This document shows positions 25,101 through 35,947 of a stretch of DNA of 64,000 nucleotides, piece after piece (the first letter of the stretch is position 1; each line of letters opens with the position of its first letter). The stretch covers positions 89,568,397 to 89,632,396 of the forward strand of contig CM097887.1 in the NCBI GenBank assembly GCA_044892525.1, given 5' to 3'. The stretch is from Schmidtea polychroa. Taxonomy: Eukaryota. Under the pieces are notes generated by a model that was given only the letters and a program-made list of their open reading frames with translations, did not search any database and had not been told where the DNA came from. Position numbers and translations under genes: made by a program.

Positions 25101-28100
25101 ATTCTCTATCTTCCTTGCAAACTATTTCTTTCTTTCTTGTTTGTTTTTTTTCATATTTGAATTGTAAAGAACCTAAATAAATAATAAATGTAAAAATTCA
25201 TTTCGCTTAAAAAATATCAACTTTCAGGAGGAAGAGTAAATTCCCATTCTGGAGGATTTGGATAATGAATTGGTAAATTCGGTTGATGTAGGTTTAGCAA
25301 ATATTTCAAAAAAACTGGATTGTAAATTCCGGGAGGACGAGATTTAGCAAATAATTCTAAAGCCTCATTAAGCCTAATTGAATTAATTATAAATAAATTT
25401 CTAATGGATTAGAACTTACGGAATTCCACGTTGCGTTACCAGGTAATTTACTATCATAAATCCAGTCAAGTTGTAGCCATGAATACAATGAACAGCTGAA
25501 ATAAAACATAAAGTTGTTTCTTTAAAAGTATATTACAAATTTTAAAGAATTAAAAAAATTTACCAACTTACCGATTTTTCCCTCTTTATCCAATTCTATA
25601 TTTTTATTAACTATTTTGGTAAATGCTGTGATTTGTTTAGAAGTTGGCAAAGCTTCAACTCTAAAAATTATTTATATATTTATTTATTTTTATAATTATT
25701 GGTCAATACCGATTAAGTTTAAAATTTTTAATTTCAATTTTATGCTAAATCAAAAATTTTAAATATTTTTGATTTTAACTTTTGTTTAATTACTTCATAT
25801 ATTAATAGTTAATAATGGTGAAGGAGATTGTAATTTGAAAATCATTGTTTAATGTATTTGATTAATGTTAAGAAAGAAACTTTGAAAGTTGCTTGTTTCC
25901 AATTTATTTTTCTTTATTTGAATTTAATGGAATCAGGGAATGATGAAATGCCAATAAAAGAATTAAATAATGATTGTTACATGTATATTACCAAGGGAGT
26001 TTTAAATATTTGCTGCGATTACCATTCATTCAAGATAACATTAGAAGATGCGGCAAGCGTAAAAAGATTAGGACTCCCTGAACCAACAATTATAAGTAAC
26101 ACTGATACATTTCAAATTGTAATTCCACCGTATGTTGATTGCATTATGAATAATGTAATTAGAATGAAGTTAACGTACAATTGTTTACAAGATTCAGTTT
26201 TCACATTTACTGATGATTTATACATAAAAAAGCTTTAAGGTTTATTCAACTATTTAACAATTAATTGCACCCATATTTTCATATCTGTTGAACTGAATGA
26301 AAATGTCATTAAATTCAGTCTCATTGAAAACATTAAAGAAGTTATTTTTGATAAAAACTTGGTCAACACATTTGGATTACAAAAACAAATATATAATGAC
26401 TAACAATTTGTTGGAATTCGTAAAGGAAAAATATTTAATCACCATCAACAAACGTTCATCTATAGCGATATTATTGATCCGATAAATGTTGGTGATTCAC
26501 TGGCCCCTCTTCTGAAAGCGGTGTGGATTAAGAAATATGAGCAATATGAAGTTGTGTAAATACAAAAAGAAAATCCTATGTATTTACCAGTTGGCAGAAC
26601 ATGTATAAAAAATATAGAAATTAATATACGTGATGATGGCGGAAATTTAATCCGAATTGCAAACGATTCAAAAACACACGTAACTTTACAGGTAGAAAAA
26701 ACAAGATTTCTAATCCCGATATAGTTTCTCTTTATTCCAATAGTCAAACTGGTGGCGAATTACCTTATTTTGTTGGCAAACAATAATAACAATAATAATG
26801 AAAAAATATTACCATCTTTAAAATCCAATGCCATATCTGAATTCAAACAGGCATTACCAGATATAATTTCTTCATTACCAAATGTAATCGAATCAAATGA
26901 AGCATCGGAATCTGAAGAGTCTGAACCACAGCCTAAGCAAAGAAAACATCGAAGGTATATAAACAAACGAATGACAGGACGTGGAACTATATTCGAAAAA
27001 TGATTTGTGGAAAAACGGAATTATGTATTTTTGATCGACCGACTCCTCAGGCGGTTATAGAAAATGCGACATTTGAAGACGTATTCCCATTTAATTCAAT
27101 TGTTGATAATAAAAGCGATATTGAATTCAAGTTAACTGGTTCTCATACTGAATATCTCGATTTGAATGATACATTACTCTACATTAAATTAAAGGTTACA
27201 AATAATAATGGAAAGAAATTACCGGTTACTTAAGATACAAAAGCTTATAATTACTTGTTCCATACACTTTTTAGTGATGTTATTGTTGGACTCAATAATC
27301 AAAAGATTGAAGGTGGAAACAGAAGATATACACAAAAAGCTTAAATTGAAACTATTTTAAATTATAATGGAGATAGTAAAAACATTTGTCTGGCTCCTAT
27401 GGGTTATATTCCATCTGATAAGGAAAGAACAGCATTAATTGCCGGTTCTAAATTAGTTTCCCTATGTTCTTCATTGTAAATAGGTTTTATGGATCAACCA
27501 AAATATTTACTTCTAGGAGTTAATGTTAATGTAACACTGAAAAGAAACCCATCATCATTCAGTATACATTCACTAACTGATGAACCAAAGATAAAGGTAT
27601 TGAACGCAAAATTAATGATTCGCAAAGTTCAAGTTGAACCATCAGTTTTAGCAGGGCATCAAATAGAGTTAAATTCTAAAAATGCTATATATCCAATTAG
27701 AAGTAAAGAAACTGTCGACTTTACAATCAGTAAAGGTTCATCGTCATTTTACAAGGAACAATTATTTATTGATAAAAGATTACCAAATTTCGTTTTAGTG
27801 GCATTTCAAACTGAATCTCAATTTAAGGGAACATATAAGAAATCCAGCTCAGTCTTTAAACATTTGGATATTACATCAATCACTTTAGCCAAAAATAGTG
27901 ACTATCGAGAAACATACACAAAACTTTGACACAAATGATTATACTACAACGTATATGCAAAGTATTGTGAGAAATCTGGGGTATTTGGATAAAACGTGAA
28001 CTGTGGGATTACACTTGAAGATTTTAAAGATAAATATTCTTTACATTTGTTTTGTCTCCAGATTTTGATTTGAATCAAAGTCAATTACCACAACAAGGAA

Positions 28101-31100
28101 ATTTAAAATTGAGTGTAAAGTTTAATAAATCACTCGAGGAATCGGTTTATGTAATAGTATACGGAGTTTTCGAAAGAGAATTACAAATTACTGCAAGTCG
28201 ATCAGTATTGGTTTGAAATACTTTCAAACGTTATTGGTTTAAACGTAGTATAAATGAAGTAAACAATGGAAACAAATATTATGGAGTAAGTTTATAATTA
28301 TTAATTTATTTTATTTGATTAGTTCTCTTCAGGTTAATCGAATTGGAAAAATGTTGTTGGGGAATCAGTTTACTGGAGTATTTCCATTAGATAAAATCCC
28401 CTATCTGAAGGTAAACCAAGCTATAATCGTCAATACTCAATCATCAAATCTTAGAGGAGAACATTGGATTGCAATATATGTGAAACCTGATAAAATACAT
28501 GTTTTTGATCCGATGGGATATTATTATCCAGATATTGATAACAAAACTACAAACAATTGGTAATTAAATTATTATATTGGTAATTATATAATTATTTATA
28601 ATTATTTTGGTTATTTAATGATTTACCATTTTGGGATGGACTTGAAAATTTAGATCCATTGGAATGGCATGAAGGCGTAGATTCGTTTTGTCCAACATGT
28701 GTATTGAGATTTCTATATTGAATTTTCTATGTCACTGATCAAGATAAACTTACAGTTTTGAAGAATTATTTCCCAAACTTAAGATTAATAAAATATTCAA
28801 TCCAATTATCAGAATATTTTCCTGATAATATCTTGTGTCCTTACCGTGATCATTCTAATTGTGCTTACAAAAATTGTTTAATTGCTGTGTTAGATTATTT
28901 TAAAAATTAATAAAGTTTTTGATAAAAATTATATTATTATTATTAATTTTGTTATTACTCATATGCATTACGAATGCAGTTTAAATGCAGTTAAAATCAT
29001 GTTCTCTTAGTTTGTGTGAAATTTTTATTTTGTAATGTGTGTAAGTTTTGCTTCCCATTGTGTGAAAAGTATACTTCTATTACATCAACTTCTACAGAAG
29101 TCATTATTAATCAACAAGGTAGTTTACTTGAACCTGAAACCATATTCGATTTAAATAAAACACATGCAGAAGTTAAAATGGATGTTTCATCCTTAAATTT
29201 AAAAACAGTTTCAATCCCTACTCAGTTAATAAATGAATTAAATAAAGTTTCATCCGAGATGGGTTCAATAAAAATTCAATTTTGTTTGAAAGTGGAATTT
29301 GAAAAAGATGACGAATTTCAATCATTCGTTATTTCAAATTCTGCTAGACCCATGAGTGATACCTTCTTAGAAGATGGTATTGATTTATTAAATGAAAAAA
29401 TAATTAAAGTTAATGAAAAAGGAAGCAACTGGGTTATACATAAAATTGAATATATTAGTTTTATAATAACAAAATATTCGCAAATATCTAGATTATCTGG
29501 CCGTGGATATATTCCTACACCAGAAACATTATTAAATAAAACATGTACTGTTAATGTTAAAAATACAAATGATGAATACTTCCTCTATAGTATTTTATCT
29601 ATTTTGAAATATAATAATATTAGTACCAATAGAAATAAGCCATATAATTATAATACTTCGGAATTAAAATTCGATCATGCAGATCTCCCTATGCGCCTTT
29701 GTAATATTTCTAAATTTGAATCCCAAAACCCCGGTTTATCGATAAATGTTTACTTATAACGAAAATATATTAAATGATGTTAAGAATACTGAAGAAGTTA
29801 TGAAACATCCTTATGTTGACATAATTTATCGATCTAAAGTTATTGGGTGACAACAATTAATTTAATTTTGTTAGAAGATTCTGACACATCATTACATGGG
29901 TGTTACTAATCTTGATAGACTTTTGAATTGTTACAATTCTAGTGTAACTGCTGTTATGATTTGTAGTAAATGGTTCCGAGATGCTTAAATAAACTTTTCT
30001 TCGGCTGTAAATTGTCATTTGTGTAAGAAAACTTTAGTAAATCCAGTAAGAGATCATGACCATTTTTCGGGTAAATATTTTGGTGCAGCTTGCTTAATTG
30101 TAATCTTTCTCGAAGAATTAGACCGGTTTTACCAGTTATTTTTCATAATTTGAGAGGATATGATCTCCATCATATTCTCAAATTTGGCTTAGGTAAATTT
30201 AAATCATGGAATATTAATTGTATTCCTATAACTAGTGAAATGTTTTTAAGTTTATATGCAAGAATTGATGGATTAACTATAAAATTTATCGATTCTTGTC
30301 CTTTTATTAACGATTCTTTAAAAAATGCTGTATAAACATTAACTACATTTCCATTGACTAATTCTGAATTTAACGGGGTAATTATTAATAGTAAGGGCAT
30401 ATTCCCATATGATTTTGCAACTCCCCAATTACCACCAATTTGGGATGGTGTTACTGAAGTAGAATATGATATAGCTCAACGCATTTGGGATGAACATAAT
30501 TGTAATTCACTTTTGGATTACATGATTATATATTTAAAATTAGATGTCTTTTTACTTGCGGATTATTTCCAACAGTTTAGAGCAAAATCAATAGCTCATA
30601 ACAGATTGGAACCCTTAAACTTTTTAGGTATTCCAGGTATGTCATGGAACTCTGCGCTCATGACTTTAGATCATCCAGTTGAGTTGATCCAAGACATGGA
30701 GATTTATAATTTCTTTGAGGGTGGGATTTGAGGGGGATTAACTTTTGTTAATAAACATTACGTAAAATCAGATGAAAACACAGAGTTGCTCTATATAGAT
30801 ATTAACAACCTATATGGTTGGGCACTTAGCCAGAAACTACCAGATGGTAATTTTAAGTGGATTAACGATGAAATAAAATTAAATTAAATTTTGGAAGATT
30901 GTATGAATGTTGACTTGGAATTACTCACATTCGGTTATACTGTTGAAGTTGATTTGGAAATTCCAGAATCGATTCATGATAAGCTTGACGATTTCCCTGT
31001 TGCAGCTGAAAAAATGCGTGCACCTGGATCCAAAGTGGAGAAAAAAGAATTATGTATTTCATTGGAGACTTCTTCAGCTTTATCTAAATATTGGGGTAAA

Positions 31101-34100
31101 TGTCACTAAGATTCATCGCGCTATACAATTTGAACAATCATCAATATTTAAAAATTATATAGATACTAACACACAACTTAGGGCATCATCAACAAACAGA
31201 CTAGATAAAAATTATTTTAAACTATTAAACAACAGTCTATACGGTAAGACGGTCGAAAACCTAAAGAAACGAATAAATTTAAGATTTTGTAATTCAGCCC
31301 AAAAGGTTTTAACATATTGTTCTAAACCTAATTTCAAAAGGACTACTAAAATCGATGACGACTTAATTTCTGTTCTATTAAGAAAAGATTTATTATGTTT
31401 AAATAGACCAAGTTATATTGGTCAATCAGTTTTGGATTCATCAAAACTTCGTATGTACCAATTTCAGTACATTGATTTAGAAAAATATCGTATAGAATTT
31501 AATTGTAAAATTAATATAGTTGCTTGGGATACAGATTCCTTTTTCTTGGAAATTAAAAATTGCAAATTAAATTCTCTTTTACCAGCAATGATAAGGGATA
31601 ATTTATTAGATATTTCTAATTATGAGCCAACACATTCATTATATTCAAAAAACCTTGACTCTGTAATAGGAAAATTTAAAAATGAGAGCAAGGGCTTGGA
31701 TATGACGAATGGATATTTTTAAGACCAAAATGTTATAGTATGAAGGGTAGTAAGGGATGTATGAAAGCGAAAGGGGTCACAATGAAAGATACTGGACTAA
31801 CTCATCAGTCGTATCTGAATTGCTATAATAATAATGAGATTTATGCGGTACCCCAATTTAGGATAACGAGTAAAAATCATCAACTTTTCAGTATTAAAAA
31901 TAATAAGAGGGCTTTAACTAATGCTGACGATAAGCGCAATTGGGTACTTAAAAATAAAAGTTATGCGTATGGTCATTATAGAGGGAGTGGTATGGTTATG
32001 GCTGATGATTCTGATGAAGAAATGTTGCTGCCCATAGTTGATCCAGATGAAGATTTGTTATATCATCCTAATTTTCCGAATGATGATAATGAGGATGGTT
32101 GTCAATTAATAAATTTTATGATATAAAAAATTTGTTTTTACTCTATTTTTAATCGTTACAAAATTTTTATTTTGTTAGTGTTACTTGTGATAGTACACTA
32201 TTTTTATATTGTTTTAGTATTTTTATGTTACTTGTTATATTCAATCAGTTTTTGGTGAGAAAACATTTTCAAATTTACTGAAAGAAACAAACCCAATTAA
32301 GAAAATAACTGAGACGAAGCATGTCAAGAATGATGTGAAACCAGTACAAATGTATCATAACCATAAGATATATTTCTTGGTAGACGAAATTGAATATAAA
32401 TTCTCAAATGCAGTCAAATTGATCAAGTCGCAATATTCAAGTTTCATTGCTATTATAACAAAAGAAGATGTTGTTGCAGTAAATAAAGTGTTGGGGAAAA
32501 TCAATAAAAATCTAAGTTGCAATGGAAATATAATCATCAACAATCGAAATTCCCGTTTTCATGATGCCTTTGGAGAAATTGAATATAAAGATGGGGAAAG
32601 CTGGTTTGTAAATATTTCAATACAGGGATATAAAATGGATGAGAAAGATGTCATATCACCGATTTGGAAATTAATAAATGTTTAATAAATGTTTAGTTTT
32701 TAATACATCTTTTAATATATCTTTTAATATAATTTTTTACTATCATAATGAGTTTTCTTAAGTATAGATGAATAATTTGTATTTTTTAAAAGTTGAAAAT
32801 ATGTGTGTATGTAAAAGTTGGCTGAAAAAGGCATTGTCTAAGGTGTTATGATTGTGAATTTGAAGTAAATAATGATTTCATTTTGTAGAGATTAAAATTC
32901 TATCTATATATTGTTTGAGTGAAAATATCTCAATTTATTTAAAAAGATGTGTAAATTCAAAAATGGTGTACTAAAAATGAAATTTCAGAATTTTGATTGC
33001 GTCATAGTTTCATTTAATAGAGAATTAAATTTCAAGTATATTGACATAAAAAATTCTTATAAAAAATCAAAATTTATGATGTAATCAATGATTTAAATAA
33101 AATTAAAATTATTACATAATCGACGATTTAAACAAAATAAATTTTATTACGTAATCGACAACTAAACCAAAAATTTAAATTTAAAAAAAAGTAGGGGGGG
33201 GGGGGTTATTTTTAAAATTTTTAAAAAAAGTAGGGGGGTCTTTTTAAAAAAAATTAAATTATGGGGGGGGGTCTTTTTAAAAAATTTTAAAAAAAATATG
33301 GGATGGGAAATCTGGATCTGGACCCTACATAACTACCTACTATAGCATTTTAGCTATTTTGAAATATGATGATATTACTAATAGTAATAACGGTAATCAT
33401 AGAAATAGACTTCCTACTTAAAATTTGACCCTGCCGATTTACCCATGCGCCTTTCTAATATTTCTAAATTTGAAACCAAAAATCCTGGTTTATCCATAAA
33501 TGTTCTGACTTATAACTAAAATATTTTAAATGATGTAAAAAATACTGAAGAAGTTATGAAATGTGTTTAAATTAATCGAAAAATAAAATGATTTGGGAAA
33601 TTCAGGGGGCACTTGCCCCCATTTACGGACGCCCATGATATATACATATTTTGTTGTAAAGACATAATTTACTTNNNNNNNNNNNNNNNNNNNNNNNNNN
33701 NNNNNNNNNNNNNNNNNNNNNNNNNNNNNNNNNNNNNNNNNNNNNNNNNNNNNNNNNNNNNNNNNNNNNNNNNNNNNNNNNNNNNNNNNNNNNNNNNNNN
33801 NNNNNNNNNNNNNNNNNNNNNNNNNNNNNNNNNNNNNNNNNNNNNNNNNNNNNNNNNNNNNNNNNCAAAATAATTAAAAAATTTATACAAATTATAATTA
33901 ATCACCCAGGAACTGTTATCTTAATTTGAAGTACATCTGTCATATCTTTTGACTTGTAATATTGTTCAGAATCTATTAAATCTATCACTAGAACTATACG
34001 GTACTAGATCCTTTAATTAATCAAATACCACATAACAAAAACACGTACCATATCAGCTTGATCTGTTAGAAAACCAACATTGAATGTGTTAGCTTCTGGA

Positions 34101-35026
34101 ATCAAATCGGTATATCTTTCGTCAAGAACTGTCTTCATTGGAAAAAATAGATCTAAATAAAGTCTATCATAAAATATTTCATAAATACTTTTTCTGTCTG
34201 TGTTCTATGCATTTCTAGTAATCTAATATTAGATTTGACACAATACTCTTTTTGCAATTGTGTGTATTTAATAATCCGGATTAAATAACATCTTTTTAAA
34301 ATAAAAACAACTATAAACAGAAAGAAAAGTCCTTAATAAATTCCGTTTGCTTTTATTAAATAAAAGTTTTGACAGGCTGGGAACCTCACAAATATAAAAT
34401 AACTACAGGTATTGTTTGAACAGTCTATTAGATTTTCTCAGAAATTCTAGTCGTCGTCCCCATCGGCATGCAGATAAACGTTTTATCCTGATATTACATT
34501 AATCAAATGCATGTTTTTATTGCTTTATAGCGAATCATTTAGGATAGCGCATCAGTGCAGCAAATGATATCAGATAATATTTTTTAACATTATTGTTTGA
34601 TAATTTTAAATAAATATGACGCCTTTATCACGGCGCCCCACAATATCACCTATACTGCCTGTTTTTTGGGCCGGCTTTAATTATGATTCATACGTTATCG
34701 TTTCACAAGATGGTGGAATTATGAATCATACTATATTAATTTTTTTTGGTTTTCTGAGTAAGTCACCTAAAAATACACAAACTTTTAATTAACGATTAAG
34801 GCCCTCCATTTGAATTTTTACTCCAATCGTATTTTTTGGACGAAAAAGATTTTCCGGTTTGAAAGATTAACATCATTTTTATATATTTATATGTATTTTA
34901 TATAAAAACTATTTTAATAAAAATATTTAAATATGCAAAATTTAGGAAACATTTATATATACCCGCTATTATATATCCTCTTCTGGGTGACTGGATCCAT
35001 CCTCTGGGAACTCTGTAAGACGACAT
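3976..35026 (-). CDS. Paralog A: catalytically degenerate mRNA capping enzyme-like protein (pseudo-triphosphatase + RD/RS-repeat linker + pseudo-guanylyltransferase/OB fold), 14 exons, about 913 aa
   Basis: Hand-spliced GT-AG exons with consistent phases: 35026-34963, 34152-34049, 34003-33906, 25660-25572, 25495-25420, 25373-25222, 25172-24333, 13952-13830, 13558-13243, 12536-12299, 7674-7447, 4464-4301, 4256-4057, 4025-3976 (2742 nt, no internal stop). Peptides: MSSYRVPRGWIQSPRRG, DLFFPMKT, IVLVIDL, VHCIHGYNLTGF, FAKSRPPGIY, PNPPEW, HGFVG..WRTNGKRYLM, IDGELV, FLISDI, HEMTGLIF, WIGLLYAYG. The join between the TPase and GTase halves (24333->13952) and the last exon are inferred, not transcript-proven. 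Confidence 0.8.
4527..4758. mobile_element. TTAA-flanked MITE (piggyBac-like)
   Basis: TIR cactagatttacg / cgtaaatctagtg, with TTAA on both sides. Confidence 0.8.
4895..5175. repeat. 15-bp minisatellite (TTATTGGTTRRTTGR)
   Basis: About 18 degenerate units, with occasional 16-nt variants. Confidence 0.9.
5300..6231 (-). pseudogene. Decayed hAT (Tip100/ZMYM1-like) transposase
   Basis: DCTPDTSHQE, CDNGANM, THSINLIVCDVAKS..FFGTL; many stops and frameshifts. Confidence 0.8.
6232..6477. mobile_element. hAT-Tip100-type MITE
   Basis: TIR taaggtgaccaga / tttggtcacctta, with a perfect 8-bp TSD GTGTATAA. Confidence 0.9.
6901..7060. mobile_element. Palindromic MITE (GAGTTTGAAGAC family)
   Basis: Near-perfect inverted repeat of about 65 bp. 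Related copies occur at about 23417-23548, 24090-24160 and 59940-60012. Confidence 0.8.
7970..8130 (+). mobile_element. Possible Helitron-like 5' end
   Basis: atctaatatataaagatgaaagtttgtttgtttgtt resembles invertebrate non-autonomous Helitron 5' termini. No 3' hairpin/CTAG was confirmed. Confidence 0.4.
8200..9000 (-). pseudogene. Decayed hAT (GTF2IRD2/Charlie-like) transposase fragment
   Basis: Remnants read KRHFETNH, KKPFFGGLFLKAVML and LLKLANIPERT*G, with many stops. Confidence 0.55.
9230..12130 (-). mobile_element. Decayed Ty3/Gypsy-type LTR retrotransposon inside an intron of paralog A
   Basis: Order is gag (11881-12117; CCHC knuckles CYICNTDNHVVRYC and CTKCGIMGHISRFC), protease-like region, RT (YIDDI, 10489-10968), RNaseH (NKADVLTR), integrase (GNGIIERSLRTIK). 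Frameshifted; LTRs not resolved. Confidence 0.85.
12900..13140 (+). pseudogene. pogo/Tigger DDE_1 transposase fragment
   Basis: LQLLAILVNHSFKANLRHQWKDWMTEG..RRATYAQMGEWI. Confidence 0.7.
14660..16590 (+). mobile_element. Decayed pogo/Tigger-like DNA transposon
   Basis: Imperfect TIRs containing tggagattgcgc / gcgcaatctcca. CENP-B-like HTH (FKASDSW) and DDE_1 pieces (NIDQIP, LILDSYPVHL, LQSIDFG); disrupted. Confidence 0.8.
16656..16754. mobile_element. hAT-Charlie-type MITE
   Basis: TIR gagtgtttcccaaa / tttgggaaacgccg, with a perfect TSD GTCTAGAC. Confidence 0.85.
19790..20310. repeat. Compound microsatellite and tandem repeat block
   Basis: (AGT)n, (GATGTC)n and (GTGGTC/GTGGTT)n, followed by 3-4 units of about 50 bp (gtggtcagttagt..acaatgtgtgtatgac). 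Confidence 0.85.
22005..22197. repeat. (AAT)n tracts flanking an about 85-bp dispersed repeat
   Basis: The insert gcgacatgttgaatgtgagcag..cccttagggggtcaaaatatcttgtcggataaac also occurs at about 20697-20790, 42740-42785 and inverted at about 17845. Confidence 0.8.
23550..24050 (+). pseudogene. hAT transposase C-terminal (hATC) fragment
   Basis: EIFPNVVVAL*IIISMPVSVASGERSFSKLKLIKSYLRSTIAQDR. Confidence 0.85.
24333..25172 (-). repeat. Coding tandem repeat exon (EDRSRDR/DDRSRNR units; Arg/Asp/Ser-rich) of paralog A
   Basis: ORF 24310..25101 extends upstream in frame to a TAG acceptor at 25173. It contains recurrent GATCTATCTC/TCTTGA units with higher-order blocks. Confidence 0.85.
25930..26720 (+). 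pseudogene. Polinton minor capsid (penton) protein, disrupted
   Basis: YSDIIDPINVGDSLAPLLKAV..MYLPVGRTCIKNIEINIRDDGG..VTL, a typical penton C-terminus. Confidence 0.75.
26752..27003 (+). CDS. Polinton small core-like protein (basic C-terminus, GRG motif)
   Basis: KQRKHRRYINKRMTGRGTIF; it overlaps the capsid gene start, as in Polinton layouts. Confidence 0.45.
   Translation: MANYLILLANNNNNNNEKILPSLKSNAISEFKQALPDIISSLPNVIESNEASESEESEPQPKQRKHRRYINKRMTGRGTIFEK
27000..28215 (+). pseudogene. Polinton major capsid protein, several premature stops
   Basis: IEFKLTGSHTEYLDLNDTLLYIK, HTLFSDVIV.LN, DQPKYLLLGVNVNVTLKR, LPNFVLVAF. Confidence 0.85.
28315..28563 (+). pseudogene. Adenain-like (C5) maturation protease, truncated
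   Basis: GVFPLD..IIVNTQSSNLRGEHWIAIY..FDPMG. The catalytic Cys region is missing. Confidence 0.8.
29016..32126 (+). pseudogene. Protein-primed family B DNA polymerase (pPolB), frameshifted
   Basis: DHDHFSG, FHNLRGYDLH, KLDVFLLADYF, YIDINNLYGWALSQKLP, KLLNNSLYGKT, WDTDS, KAKGV, DDKR. Confidence 0.92.
33180..33345. repeat. G-run/T-run/A-run low-complexity block, probable Polinton terminus
   Basis: Repeated AAAAGTAGGGGGG(G)TCTTTTTAAAA units ending in ..actacctact. Confidence 0.45.
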
Positions 35027-35624
35027 TTCAGCACTTCTTAATTACCATATAAATTTATAGGTTTTTAAATATTTTAATTGATTTGTAAATTTTAATATAT
35101 ACTAAATTTAATAATAATTTTATATTAATATTGATTGAGTAGAAATAAATAAGTTTAGATAAAATGTAAAATGTAACTGGGTAATTTGTTCGAGTACGCG
35201 GTGAATTTAAAATTTAGACCAATGAAATCGCTTAATTCGCGATAGTATCGAATGCATTAGAAATAGAATTATTAATTTAAGTAGGAATTAAATAATTTAC
35301 CAAAAATCAAGAATAAAAGTTTTTAAATTAATTAAAAATATTAACCAATTGAACAACGCTTTAATTTCTTGATTGGACTCATTTAAAAACTTTAAAAAAA
35401 ATCTCCTTTTGATGTTACATGAAATTAGATGAAAAGACAATACATCAACGGCATCGAATTTTGATTAGTTCGATTTAGGGTTGGCAATCCTGTGCTATAT
35501 TTTCAATCCCGGGATCCCGGGATTAGTCCCGGGATTTTTAAATACATGTTCTTGAAATATATTAACATACTATTTTAACCAAATTAATAGAAAAAGAAAG
35601 AGATTAATTTTGTTAAAATAATAT

Positions 35625-35765
35625 GTTAATATATTTCAAGAACAGGTATTTAAAAATCCCGTTAATATATTTCAAGAACAGGTATTTAAAAATCCCGTTA
35701 ATATATTTCAAGAACAGGTATTTAAAAATCCCGTTAATATATTTCAAGAACAGGTATTTAAAAAA
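35625..35765. repeat. 36-bp tandem repeat (about 4 copies) in the hAT subterminal region
   Basis: Unit gttaatatatttcaagaacaggtatttaaaaatccc, contiguous, no spacers. Confidence 0.95.
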
Positions 35766-35947
35766 AATGACACATTCAAAAATAAGTTTATAAAAAATAG
35801 TTTATTAAATTCTAAAGAAAATAAATGTTTTTATAATATTATACATCAAATTCATTATGTTTATAATATTCTTAATTAATAAATTATAAAGAGTTCATTG
35901 TTAAAGTTACATTTTTAATTATTAAATAATTATAAAAAAATACCTAA

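Larger units (their letters stand above)
25850..33560 (+). mobile_element. Decayed Polinton/Maverick (adintovirus-like) element in intron 3 of paralog A
   Basis: Co-oriented penton, GRG-motif core ORF, major capsid, adenain protease, small ORF and pPolB. No integrase or ATPase seen; boundaries approximate. Confidence 0.9.

Noticed and set aside
24310-25101. RD-repeat ORF as a stand-alone or Polinton gene
   Set aside because: It extends in frame to a splice acceptor and joins triphosphatase-like exons upstream, so it is exon 7 of paralog A.
35625-35765. CRISPR-like 36-bp repeats
   Set aside because: The repeats are contiguous with no spacers, lie inside a eukaryotic hAT, and there are no cas genes.
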